From Candidatus Micrarchaeota archaeon (GTDB lineage Archaea; Micrarchaeota; Micrarchaeia; Norongarragalinales; Norongarragalinaceae), in the NCBI GenBank assembly GCA_037444485.1, contig JBBIMI010000007.1, positions 1 to 39,460 on the forward strand: a stretch of 39,460 bases of DNA, read 5' to 3'. The notes under the pieces were generated by a model. It saw only the letters and a program-made list of their open reading frames with translations. It had not been told where the DNA came from and did not search any database. Each line of letters opens with the position of its first letter. Position 1 is the stretch's first letter. The translations under genes and the position numbers were made by a program. Positions 27,960-36,945 of this stretch are shown here, piece by piece.

Positions 27960-28932
27960 AGTTCACTTTCAACCCGATTTTCTTCGCCAACGCTTTTTCG
28001 TAAACCATTCCAGCAGTAGCAACGTCTTGAATTGCGAGCCCGGTGGAGTCGAAAACCGTGAGTTCGCCGTCATTCGCGCGCTTTATTTTCCCTAAAACAA
28101 CGTCCTTGATTTCACCTGCAACGTCGGCGCGCGTCAACACTCCGCTTTCAACGCCAGCGTTAATCGCTCCACTGTGGCTCGCTTGCTCCCAATTGTCTAC
28201 AATTATTTTCGCGCGTTTGAGTGAAGCGATTTCTAGCGCTTGCTTGCCAGGCGCATCCGCGCCGATTTCGTTTACGTGCGTTCCGGGCTTTAGCCAAGCG
28301 TCTTCAACAACAGGCTTTGTTGAAGGCACGGTCGTGCAGACGATGTCCGCGTCGCACGCTTCGCGCGCGCTTGACACTATTCGAAAATTCGCTTTAATTT
28401 TTTCGCTTAAGTCTTCCACGAGCTTTTGGCTTGCTTCAGGTCGAACGTCAAACACTTTGATTGTTTGAATATTGTGCACGAGTGCGACTGCAAGCGCTTG
28501 CATGCGTGCTTGCACTCCAGCTCCCACGAGGCCCAGCGTCCGCGCGTTCTTGCGCGCTAAGTGTTTCGCCGCAATTCCGCCCGCTGCTCCAGTGCGGTAG
28601 TTGGTTATCGTAGTTCCGTCGAGAATCGCGAGCGGGAATCCTGTTTTCGGGTTGCTGAGGATTATGACTGCCATGACGCTTGGCAATGCGTGCTCGCGTG
28701 GGTTGCTGGGATGCACGTTCACCCACTTTACGCCAGCGTAAGGCTCGAGCCACGCTGGCATCGCGCGAAAGTCGCCCGCGTACTTTTTTACGTCGACGTA
28801 TACTTTAGGCGGCATTTCGTAGTTGGATGCGAACGCGCGTTCGACTGCAGCAAGCGCGTCCTCCATCGTCAAAAGCGAATTGACTTCTCTTTTTCCGAGA
28901 ACGAGAGTCTCGCGCGATTCGATTGACTTCAA
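27952..28932 (-). CDS. ala: Alanine dehydrogenase, ornithine cyclodeaminase/mu-crystallin family
   Basis: MPPK.Y, GDFRAMPA, GVKWVNVHP.N, RTGAAG, GAGVQA, IGADAPGKQ and FDSTGLAIQD motifs; start approximate. Confidence 0.85.
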   Translation of the reverse strand: MKSIESRETLVLGKREVNSLLTMEDALAAVERAFASNYEMPPKVYVDVKKYAGDFRAMPAWLEPYAGVKWVNVHPSNPREHALPSVMAVIILSNPKTGFPLAILDGTTITNYRTGAAGGIAAKHLARKNARTLGLVGAGVQARMQALAVALVHNIQTIKVFDVRPEASQKLVEDLSEKIKANFRIVSSAREACDADIVCTTVPSTKPVVEDAWLKPGTHVNEIGADAPGKQALEIASLKRAKIIVDNWEQASHSGAINAGVESGVLTRADVAGEIKDVVLGKIKRANDGELTVFDSTGLAIQDVATAGMVYEKALAKKIGLKVNFI

Positions 28933-29194
28933 AAAAAACACCCCCTCTTGTCTTTGCTTGCCCGCTTGTCTTTGCTCGTCTTTAATTTTTTTTCGTTTTT
29001 CCGTTTTGGAGTTTCCGTTTTCTGCGGTTTTTGTTTCAGTTGGCGCATTCGATTAGGCGCATTCAATTGTAATGCGTAATCCTTTTAAAGTCTTTTTCTT
29101 TAATACTGAAAACTAGACATTCAACGAACAAACAAATTTAAAAAGATTTAAAAAAATTTGATAAAAAAAATTTGATGATAGGGGGTTGAAAAAA

Positions 29195-29656
29195 ATGGTT
29201 GAATTAGTGACTGTTGGAATGCAGATTGCCGGCTTGCTTTTAGCAATCGTTTTGGCGGTAATAGCACAATACATAGCAGTCAAGGTTTTCGACCGCATGA
29301 CGAAAGGCATTGACGAATTCGCTGAACTCAGGAAAGGTAACGTTGCGGTTGGCGTTATAATGGCCGCAGTGTTGGTAAGCGTTTCAACAATAATCGCCGG
29401 AGGAGTTGCCGGAATATTCGTTCCCACTAGCGCGAGCGAATTCGTAAAGCTAGGCATTAGCTTTTTCTGGCTTTTAGTCGCGATCGTGATTGCCGTGTTC
29501 GCGCAGTTCGTCGCGCTCAGCGTGTACTCGCGTTTGACTGAAGGCATTAATGAAGAGAAAGAGTTGAAGAAAGGCAATCTTGCTGTTGCAGTCACGCTCG
29601 CGGCAGTAATAATAGGAGTCGCACTAATAGTGCAAGCTGGATTGCCACGCTTTTGA
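29195..29656 (+). CDS. DUF350-family membrane protein (internal duplication)
   Basis: Two repeats of T.GI.E..EL.KGN.AV.V between TM helices. Confidence 0.8.
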   Translation: MVELVTVGMQIAGLLLAIVLAVIAQYIAVKVFDRMTKGIDEFAELRKGNVAVGVIMAAVLVSVSTIIAGGVAGIFVPTSASEFVKLGISFFWLLVAIVIAVFAQFVALSVYSRLTEGINEEKELKKGNLAVAVTLAAVIIGVALIVQAGLPRF

Positions 29657-29863
29657 AACGCGTGCTAGCGCGCATTGTCGCGTTCCACCCCTTTTTTTAA
29701 TTTTCGGCGCTTGTTTTTTTCGGCGCTTGTTTTTTGCGGTTTCAGGTTTTTCGTTTTTCCGAAAGTATTTTGAATAGCCGCGAGCAAAACACCTTGATGC
29801 AAACTTTGATGTAAAACAATGCTTGACTCGATTTTTTTTCGGGCGTAGTGGAGTGATGGCGTA

Positions 29864-30223
29864 ATGAGTTTTTCAGCAGGCTCTGTGAATTTAAATATTC
29901 CGCTGCGAATCAAATTCGCGGTTTTAGTGCTTGCAATAATTTGGGTTGGCGGCGCCATAGTTTACCACGAGCTCGAGCGTTGGACTTGGATTGACTCGCT
30001 TTACTTCGCTGCAGTCACGTTGACTACTGTAGGCTTCGGAGACCACGTTCCGTCGACGGATGCAGGAAAAGTTTTTACGATTGCCTACATGTTTGGCGGA
30101 ATCGCGGTCGCCTTCTACGCGCTCATGGCTATCGGCGAATACTATTTCGAAAAACGTCTTAAAACCAGCGCGAAACACTTCAGAAAAGCGGTTACAAAAG
30201 CAAGGGTAAAGAGTCAACAATAA
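29864..30223 (+). CDS. Minimal two-TM potassium channel
   Basis: DSLYF..VTLTTVGFGD selectivity filter flanked by two TM helices. Confidence 0.92.
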   Translation: MSFSAGSVNLNIPLRIKFAVLVLAIIWVGGAIVYHELERWTWIDSLYFAAVTLTTVGFGDHVPSTDAGKVFTIAYMFGGIAVAFYALMAIGEYYFEKRLKTSAKHFRKAVTKARVKSQQ

Positions 30224-30246
30224 AAAAAGTCAACAATAAAAAAGAG

Positions 30247-31566
30247 TTGAAACGAAAACCAGTGAAGAGAACTCACTACGCTGCTGAAATCGACGCGCGC
30301 ACGCTCAGCGGAAAACGCGTTACAGTAGCCGGATGGGTGCATGAAATACGCGATTTCGGGGCAGTAAAGTTTGTTTTGCTTCGCGACCGCACTGGACTAG
30401 TGCAACTCACTTTAAAAAAAGGCGGGAGCGCGAGCGCCCGCGCGCTCAAGAACGCGGACGCGTTAGTAAAAGAAACAGCGATTGCGTGCACTGGAATCGT
30501 CGCTGAGAAAACCGTGGCTGGCGTTGGAAGGGAAATCCTTGCGGAAGAGTTGGAAATAGTCTCGCCGGTTTTAAAACAAATTCCGTTTGAAGTAACAGGC
30601 AAAGTGCCGGCTGACATAGACGTTCGCTTGAATTACAGAATCATTGACTTGCGGCGGCCAGAGACGACAGCAGTATTCAAAATCAGGAGCGAAGCGCAAC
30701 GCGCGTTTCGAGACGCTTGCATTGAACTAAAATGCCAAGAAATCACGCCCCCGTGCATCGTGTCTTCAAGCACTGAAGGCGGCGCAGACTTGTTTTCGTT
30801 GAATTACTTCGAGCAGAAAGCGTTCCTCGCGCAAAGCCCCCAATTATACAAGCAACTCGCCGTAGTAGGCGGGATGGACCGAGTTTTCATGATAACGCCA
30901 GTCTTCCGCGCTGAAAAGCATAATACTACGACGCACTTGAATGAAGTCACGCAAATGGATGTGGAAATAGGTTTTGCTGACGCGAACGACGCGCTTGACG
31001 CACTCGAGAAAGTCATGCTGCACATTCTCGAGCACGTAAAGAAAAACTGTGGGAAAGAACTCGAACTCCTCAATTCGAAAATCTCTGCACCCAAAAAAAT
31101 CTCGCGCCACGATTACGACGAGGTTGTAGAAATGCTGAACGCTTCTGGCATTGATTTCGAGTGGGGGAAAGATTTTCCGAAAGACGTTGAAGAAAAAATT
31201 CCTGGTTTGTTCGGCGAAGAACTTTTCTTTATTACCGATTGGCCAACGAAAACGCGCGCGTTTTACAGCATGCCGTTTCCGGAAAAACCAGAAATCTGTA
31301 AGGCTTACGATTTGGTTTACAAGGGATTGGAAATCGCGAGCGGCGCGCAGCGGATTCACGAGCCCAACCTACTCATCCAACAACTCAAGTACCACGGCCT
31401 GCGTCCGCACGATTTCGAGTCGTACATCGACGCTTTCCGCTACGGCGCTCCCCCGCACGCGGGCTGGAGCATTGGACTCGAACGCCTTACCATGAAGCTC
31501 GCCAACCGCACGAACATCCGCGAGTGCTCGCTCTTTCCCCGAGACAGGCACAGGCTAACGCCTTGA
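30247..31566 (+). CDS. aspS: Aspartate--tRNA ligase (archaeal type, probably non-discriminating)
   Basis: OB fold GWVHEIRD.G, LAQSPQLYKQ, FRAEKHNT, EIASGAQRIH and GAPPHAG..IGLER motifs. Confidence 0.95.
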   Translation: MKRKPVKRTHYAAEIDARTLSGKRVTVAGWVHEIRDFGAVKFVLLRDRTGLVQLTLKKGGSASARALKNADALVKETAIACTGIVAEKTVAGVGREILAEELEIVSPVLKQIPFEVTGKVPADIDVRLNYRIIDLRRPETTAVFKIRSEAQRAFRDACIELKCQEITPPCIVSSSTEGGADLFSLNYFEQKAFLAQSPQLYKQLAVVGGMDRVFMITPVFRAEKHNTTTHLNEVTQMDVEIGFADANDALDALEKVMLHILEHVKKNCGKELELLNSKISAPKKISRHDYDEVVEMLNASGIDFEWGKDFPKDVEEKIPGLFGEELFFITDWPTKTRAFYSMPFPEKPEICKAYDLVYKGLEIASGAQRIHEPNLLIQQLKYHGLRPHDFESYIDAFRYGAPPHAGWSIGLERLTMKLANRTNIRECSLFPRDRHRLTP

Positions 31567-31594
31567 AAAAAAACCGTTTGTTTTTTTCTTTTTT
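31566..31594. terminator. Putative bidirectional oligo-T terminator between convergent genes
   Basis: A8 tract followed by long T tracts between the aspS stop and the convergent ORF stop. Confidence 0.45.
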
Positions 31595-32017
31595 TTAGAG
31601 CGGTTTCAGGCCTCTAGTCAGTTCGCGCAAGTCTTTCTCGAACCACGGGCCGATTGCAAGCGCAACTTCGCCCAGCTTCTCGTCAATTATTAGGTAGTAG
31701 GCAAGCTTTGCCGCCGCAGCGCGCTGTTTGTACTTAAGCAATTCGCGTAAATTGCGTGCGGTCGAAACGATTTTCCTGCAGCCAGTCTCGTCCCAACCGA
31801 AGGCAATCGCTTCTCCGGCCTTGCCTTTCTTCAGCAATTGCTGGAACGAGTGCAAACTCGCGTGAGAACCGAAGTCGACGCACTGCGCTTTACTTAAATG
31901 CAAGTCGCCGCGCAACACGATCGCCTGCGCGAACTCGCCCATCCCCCCGCGCAGGACCATCTTTACTTCCTTCCTGAAGGCTTTGTTCAACAAGCGCTTC
32001 AAGCGCCTTAAAACCAT
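31595..32017 (-). CDS. Peptidyl-tRNA hydrolase 2 (Pth2)-fold protein, degenerate
   Basis: Q.IV.R.DL.LSK, HAS, W...G.RKIV, LAIGP and terminal T.GLKPL match Pth2; the DAGxT loop is absent. Confidence 0.75.
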   Translation of the reverse strand: MVLRRLKRLLNKAFRKEVKMVLRGGMGEFAQAIVLRGDLHLSKAQCVDFGSHASLHSFQQLLKKGKAGEAIAFGWDETGCRKIVSTARNLRELLKYKQRAAAAKLAYYLIIDEKLGEVALAIGPWFEKDLRELTRGLKPL

Positions 32018-32088
32018 TTTTCCGCAACCAACTCCCTTAAACGAAGAAAAGGCAGGAAAAGAATTTATTACTAACCATTAAACCGAAG

Positions 32089-32811
32089 TTAAACTAAAAT
32101 TGCGCCTAGCAGCAGTCCCACTGCGTAACCAGCGATTGCAGCCAAACCGCCGACTAAAGCCGTTTCCAAACCCTCGCGCAGCGGACTGCCGACAGTCATC
32201 TTCGCCTTCACGACTCCCACCGTGAACAGCGAAGCGACGGAAACTACTACCGACGCTGCGATGCCCGGGCCCGCTTGCAGGAAAACGAAGGGAACGAGGG
32301 GAATGAGCGAACCCGCAAAGCTGGAAACACCGACGAGCAACGCGTCTTTAGCCGCTTTGTTCGAGTCGGAATCCTCGAACTTGAGTTCCTCGCGCACCAT
32401 AAACTCGAGAAAATTTTTCTTGCTCGACGTGATTTTGTTCACGATTTGCTTCAAAAGCCTTCCGCGAAAGCCCTTCCGGAAATAAATTTCGTAAACCTCT
32501 TTCTTTTCCTTCCCGGGACGCGCGTCTATCTCGCGGCTTTCTTTCTCGATTTGGCTCTTCAAATAATCCGAATACGCTTTCGTGGAAGTGTAGGCGACTG
32601 CAGCCATGGAAATGCTTTCCGCGAACGTCGCCGCGAGACCCGCTATCAGCACGAGGCGCGCGTCGTTCGTCGACGCGGCGACGCCGAGCACTATGCCCAG
32701 CACGTTGACAACGCCGTCCTGCCAGCCGAGGACGAACTCGCGAAAACGCGCGCTTACTCCAAAGTGCTCTTCAGCCGTGTGCTTCTCCAAATCATAGTAC
32801 TTCGCGCGCAT
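32089..32811 (-). CDS. VIT1/CCC1 family iron/manganese transporter
   Basis: REFVLG.QDG, AGLA...AESISMA, M.REEL and G.LIPL.PF motifs. Confidence 0.9.
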   Translation of the reverse strand: MRAKYYDLEKHTAEEHFGVSARFREFVLGWQDGVVNVLGIVLGVAASTNDARLVLIAGLAATFAESISMAAVAYTSTKAYSDYLKSQIEKESREIDARPGKEKKEVYEIYFRKGFRGRLLKQIVNKITSSKKNFLEFMVREELKFEDSDSNKAAKDALLVGVSSFAGSLIPLVPFVFLQAGPGIAASVVVSVASLFTVGVVKAKMTVGSPLREGLETALVGGLAAIAGYAVGLLLGAILV

Positions 32812-32893
32812 TCGGCAAACCCCACTCACAATTAAGAACGCAGGAAAGATTTTTAAAGTAGGCACGTGGAACGCGAGAACTCGCGGTCGCGCG

Positions 32894-34003
32894 TCAGCTT
32901 TTCGAAACGCTTTTCCAAACTGCGTAAGCGAGTTTCTCCGCGCCGTTTCTCTTTATCAACCCGACGGAATCGTTTTCGTCCAAATCGTGCAGCCACGGCC
33001 AGCCGAACAACTCCAACTTCACGCCGCGGTCTCGCGTCAACCGCGTCGTCGCTTGCGTGATGAAGTCCGCCTGCGCCTGTTCTCCGCCCAAGGCCGGCAG
33101 CGACGGCCAAGCGATTTCGGTAAATCCGAATGGCTTTCCCGACATGAATGCGGCCGCTTGCGAGTAGTAATCGTCCGGAATCGCCGAAGGACTCGTTCTG
33201 CCGAGCGAGTAAGGATAGCTCGTGAAGACCAGCAAGTCCAGTTTCGACGCGTCGAACAGCCGCAAGACCTCCAAATCCGCCTCACGGTTTTCCGAAACGA
33301 TTTCGCGCGCGAAGACGACGAACACCTTGGTTTCGGGAGACAACCGTTTGACGGCGTCGTAAGTCTCTTCGTACAAGCTCACGAAATTTTTGAACCCGTC
33401 GGGCCCGGAAGCGCCGTACTTTTCGTACCACCTGTTGACCTCGTTTCCGAGGGACAAGTAACGCGGCCGCGCTGCGCGGACGACGTCAAGCGCGGCTTGC
33501 TTGTACGCCGCCCTCCACGCGGGGTCGCTCATCGTGGCGCCTTCCATTCCAGGCGGTTTCACCAGCGTCAATCCCTCGCCCATGAAAGACAAGTGTACTA
33601 TTGGAAACATTCGCTTGCCGCGAATTTCCTGCTCAACGAAAGACTGTCCCCAGCTTCCGCTCAAGTCGCTCGCGAGGTTAAAGAAAGGCGTGGGTCGGCC
33701 CCAGACTGGAACGAACTCTGAGTACTCGGCCGCCTGCGCGTGCGCGTCGTCGAAAGACTGGCCGTCGGCCGGAATCGGCAGCACACCCATGAAAAATCCC
33801 CTCGCGGGAAGAGACGGAGAATCAACCGGAATCACGAGTTCCGCGCTCGCGGTAGTACTCGCGTTTGCCGAAGCCGGGACAACTGGACTAGCAACCGGCG
33901 CGCTTGCAGCGGGCGTCGCGCTCGACGTGGTTTGCTGAACGCACCCGCCGGCGATGACCGCCATCGCCAGCAAAAGCGCGAGGACTACGCGATTCACAAG
34001 CAT
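32894..34003 (-). CDS. Secreted lipoprotein with a clan GH-A-like glycoside hydrolase domain
   Basis: Signal peptide with lipobox IAGGC; Ser/Ala/Pro linker; LGNEVN (acid/base) and FTEIAWPS (nucleophile) motifs. Confidence 0.7.
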   Translation of the reverse strand: MLVNRVVLALLLAMAVIAGGCVQQTTSSATPAASAPVASPVVPASANASTTASAELVIPVDSPSLPARGFFMGVLPIPADGQSFDDAHAQAAEYSEFVPVWGRPTPFFNLASDLSGSWGQSFVEQEIRGKRMFPIVHLSFMGEGLTLVKPPGMEGATMSDPAWRAAYKQAALDVVRAARPRYLSLGNEVNRWYEKYGASGPDGFKNFVSLYEETYDAVKRLSPETKVFVVFAREIVSENREADLEVLRLFDASKLDLLVFTSYPYSLGRTSPSAIPDDYYSQAAAFMSGKPFGFTEIAWPSLPALGGEQAQADFITQATTRLTRDRGVKLELFGWPWLHDLDENDSVGLIKRNGAEKLAYAVWKSVSKS

Positions 34004-34183
34004 GTTTTTCTTGAGCGGGTCGTTCAACGCCTGCTTTTCGAGTTCCTCGAGCTTTTTCTTCAAGTTCGTCTTCTTGTGCGCCAAATCCTGCTTAGAAACC
34101 CTCATTTTGCAACCGCCCCATCGCGACGGTAATGCCGCGTATGATGTTCGAACCAGCATTCAAACCCGCTATTATAAATAAGC

Positions 34184-34342
34184 TTATTTAACACCGATCG
34201 CGTGCTTTGTGATTTCTATATTGCAGCTGTTGTGCTCTTTACACCATTTCTCGCATTTTTCAGCCCATTGCCGTTCATTGTATTTAAATTTACATTCCTG
34301 ACAGATAAACACCGTTTCTCCATTTTCCTTTTCTTCAACCAT
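34184..34342 (-). CDS. Small Cys-rich putative metal-binding protein
   Basis: MVEEKENGETVFICQECKFKY...AEKCEKWC...SCNIEITKHAI; AT-rich. Confidence 0.7.
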   Translation of the reverse strand: MVEEKENGETVFICQECKFKYNERQWAEKCEKWCKEHNSCNIEITKHAIGVK

Positions 34343-34414
34343 GTCCACTGACCTTCTTCGTATATGTCGAGCCTGCATTTGCCTCCGCGGACCTTAATTC
34401 TCATTGCACATTAA

Positions 34415-34538
34415 TGCAGGGGGAGGGATTCGAACCCTCGAACCCTCTACGGGATTGGATAACACATCTCACCGAGTTCCAGAAAACCAGGTCAAGACCT
34501 TGAGTCCAACGCATTTGACCAGGCTTTGCTACCCCTGC
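34415..34538 (-). tRNA. tRNA-Leu(CAA) with a 38-nt intron at 37/38 (intron 34461-34498)
   Basis: Reverse complement: GCAGGGG...TTGGA-CTCAAG[intron]A-TCCAA...GGTTCGAATCC-CTCCCCCTGCA. The intron folds into a BHB-like motif. Confidence 0.92.
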
Positions 34539-34731
34539 GCTATCCTCGCAGTATCCCTGAATTATTCCCACGCTTTTCCTTTTTTTCCCTTTCCCCAATT
34601 GTTTTCGAGAAAAAAATATTTTAGAGTCAAATTTTTTAAAGAACCAATTATTATTAACGCTTTCTACATTAACTATAACTATTTCCTGGCAACTTCAAAA
34701 TCCTTGCGACTTCAAAAAAAAGTTGAAAAAA

Positions 34732-35754
34732 ATGCGGGTTTTAGTAACAGGCGCCGCAGGACGCCTCGCACGGCACCTCGTGCCCGCGCTTTACGCGCGG
34801 GGCTTCGAACTCACGCTTTTGGACAAAAGCGGCGAGAGCGTGCGCGAGTCCCTTAAGCACGCGAAGGAACTCTCGCTCGAAAAAATTCGCATCGTCGAAG
34901 CTGACTTGGTTTCAGCGCCTGAAAGTGTTTTGCGTGACGCTTGCGTTGGATGCGATGCAGTCGTGCACTTGGCTGCGTTGCTTGACTATAATGCTTCCCG
35001 CGAACAGTTTTTTAAAGTCAACGTTTCAGCAACCAAACGCCTCCTGAACGCCGCCAACGCGGTTGGAAGCGTCAAGCGCTTCGTGTTCGTTTCTTCGACG
35101 AGCGTTTACGGGCAAAAAAGCAGTGAAAACGCGTTGAGCGAGTCAAGCGGGTTCGCGCCAACCGACGCTTACGGCGAGAGCAAACTCGCCGCAGAGCAAG
35201 TGGTGCGCGAGAGCGGCTTGCCTTTCGTGATTCTGCGTCCAAGCGTGATTTACGGAATCGGTTTTACTGAAGGATTTTTTCAAATAATTTCAGGAATAAA
35301 ATCAGGAAAACTCAAACTCGTCGGCGACGGCGAAAACAAAATCGCTTTCGTGCACGTGGACGACGTAGTGCAAGCGATTCTCCTCGCGCTCGAAAAAAAA
35401 GAAGCGTTAGGAGAAGATTTCATCGTGTCAGGCGAAGCAGTTTCGCAAAAGCAGGCGTTCGACGCTGTCGCAGACGTTTTGGGAGTGCCGCGCGCGGAAA
35501 AACGCGTGCCGAAATGGTTTGCTTACTTAACAGCCGAAATCGAGAAAATCAAGGCGCGCTTGCTGGGACGCAAACCCAAGCTGACGAGAGAAAACGTGGC
35601 GACGATTTGTGAAAACAGGTTTTTCGATTGTTTGAAAGCCAAACGCGTTCTCGGCTTCAAGCCGCGAGTTTCTTTCGAAGACGGTGTTAGCGAAGTAGTA
35701 AGCGCGCTCGCCCGCGCGCTGAACCACACACTGAGTCGCGCTGGAGCGAGCTGA
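34732..35754 (+). CDS. NAD-dependent epimerase/dehydratase (extended SDR)
   Basis: LVTGAAGRLA, VHLAA, SSTSVYG, YGESK, LRPS.IYG and VHVDDV motifs. Confidence 0.9.
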   Translation: MRVLVTGAAGRLARHLVPALYARGFELTLLDKSGESVRESLKHAKELSLEKIRIVEADLVSAPESVLRDACVGCDAVVHLAALLDYNASREQFFKVNVSATKRLLNAANAVGSVKRFVFVSSTSVYGQKSSENALSESSGFAPTDAYGESKLAAEQVVRESGLPFVILRPSVIYGIGFTEGFFQIISGIKSGKLKLVGDGENKIAFVHVDDVVQAILLALEKKEALGEDFIVSGEAVSQKQAFDAVADVLGVPRAEKRVPKWFAYLTAEIEKIKARLLGRKPKLTRENVATICENRFFDCLKAKRVLGFKPRVSFEDGVSEVVSALARALNHTLSRAGAS

Positions 35755-35795
35755 ATGAAAGGGTTTTTATTGCGGTCTTGCTTTCAATCTAATCG

Positions 35796-36020
35796 ATGCG
35801 AAACACAGCTTTACTGAAACTGAAACGCTCGCGCGCGCGGCGTGGCGCAAGCGAGTGGACGCCCATCTACTTGCTGTTAGTGATGATAATCGCGGCGATT
35901 CTCGTGATCACGCTTGTCAAACCGTTGTTCAGGCAAGCTGCAGAACAATCGCGGGAAACGCTTGAAGAAGCTGAAACTATCGCGAGAACAGCTTCACTTC
36001 TTGCGAGATTAGTTTTCTGA
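35796..36020 (+). CDS. Small type IV pilin-like protein (class III signal peptide)
   Basis: Basic leader RARRG|ASEW followed by a hydrophobic helix. Confidence 0.65.
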   Translation: MRNTALLKLKRSRARRGASEWTPIYLLLVMIIAAILVITLVKPLFRQAAEQSRETLEEAETIARTASLLARLVF

Positions 36021-36124
36021 ATTCTGGATTTTGTGAATCTTGTTAACTTGTTGTCGGCTTGCTGGTTCATCACTTTGTTTTTTCGTTGATTTTTGTTTAT
36101 TCGAGTTAGGGAGGCGGAACGCGT

Positions 36125-36805
36125 TTGAAAACGTTTTTCGGAAAACGCGGTCAAGTTGAAGCACCCATCGAGCTCTTCGTCGCAATGATAATTCTCGCGT
36201 TGAGTTTGGCGCTCGCGTTTGCAGTCGCTTCACAGACGGAGAAAGGAAAATGCATTTCGAAGCTAAAGACCGAGACAGAGAAACTGCAGAGCGCGATGTT
36301 CGAGGTTTCCATCGCTTCGCCTCCAACTTCAAGGAAAGTCGTGTTCACGATGCCCGTGTGCGGAGAGGATGAAGTAAACGTGCTTCAATTCGTTTACTAT
36401 AGTAAGGCGCAATACTGTGCCTTGTGTCCAGGCCAATACGGTGGTTGTTGGCAAATCATTCCCGCTTCACTGAAGAGGGATAATTCTTTGAGGCAGTTGA
36501 CTGACGCGATCTCGTGCGTCAACATGGCGGGCTGCACTATTCTCGAAACGCAGAGCGATTCGGACTGCGTAAAGATTGAAGAGGCGCCTTGTCCTGACGG
36601 TACCAGCGACTGCGCCAAAGGCTTTCCTGGCGAAAAACAAGGCGCGCGTTGGAACGCGTTCGGCAAGCAAGGCAGCGAGCAAACTTACGAAATCACTTTA
36701 ACTAAATCAACTGCAATCAGCGGACCGTGTGGGGATGTAGAGCACGGAGTAATAAAAATTTGCGTGAAATCCGCAAAAAAATCCAGTAGAGATTTTATGC
36801 GATAG
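36125..36805 (+). CDS. Cys-rich type IV pilin-like protein (class III signal peptide)
   Basis: KRG|QVEAPIELFVAMIILAL; 12 Cys in the mature region. Confidence 0.75.
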   Translation: MKTFFGKRGQVEAPIELFVAMIILALSLALAFAVASQTEKGKCISKLKTETEKLQSAMFEVSIASPPTSRKVVFTMPVCGEDEVNVLQFVYYSKAQYCALCPGQYGGCWQIIPASLKRDNSLRQLTDAISCVNMAGCTILETQSDSDCVKIEEAPCPDGTSDCAKGFPGEKQGARWNAFGKQGSEQTYEITLTKSTAISGPCGDVEHGVIKICVKSAKKSSRDFMR

Positions 36806-36857
36806 AAACCCTTTATTTTTTGAAGCAAAATTTTTGTGAAGCAAAAGCATAACGCAA

Positions 36858-36905
36858 AGTGTAACGATAGTGTAACGATGCAAAGTGTAACGATAGTGTA
36901 ACGAT
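36858..36905. repeat. Four copies of AGTGTAACGAT in the spacer within the pilin-like cluster
   Basis: Directly visible tandem units. Confidence 0.8.
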
Positions 36906-36945
36906 TATAGTGGATTTAAATTCATGAATTGTTTTTTGATTATTC

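Noticed and set aside
32987..33938. Long plus-strand ORFs (244 aa, 145 aa) and similar antisense ORFs throughout the window
   Set aside because: Antisense shadows of well-supported genes, expected in CG-rich coding DNA.
9800..34538. Two similar tRNA-Leu sequences as att sites or inverted ends of a large integrated element
   Set aside because: Both are complete genes with different anticodons, the enclosed DNA is housekeeping, and there is no integrase.
34401..34856. ORFs 34401-34598 and 34404-34856
   Set aside because: They overlap the intron-containing tRNA-Leu and are shadow frames.
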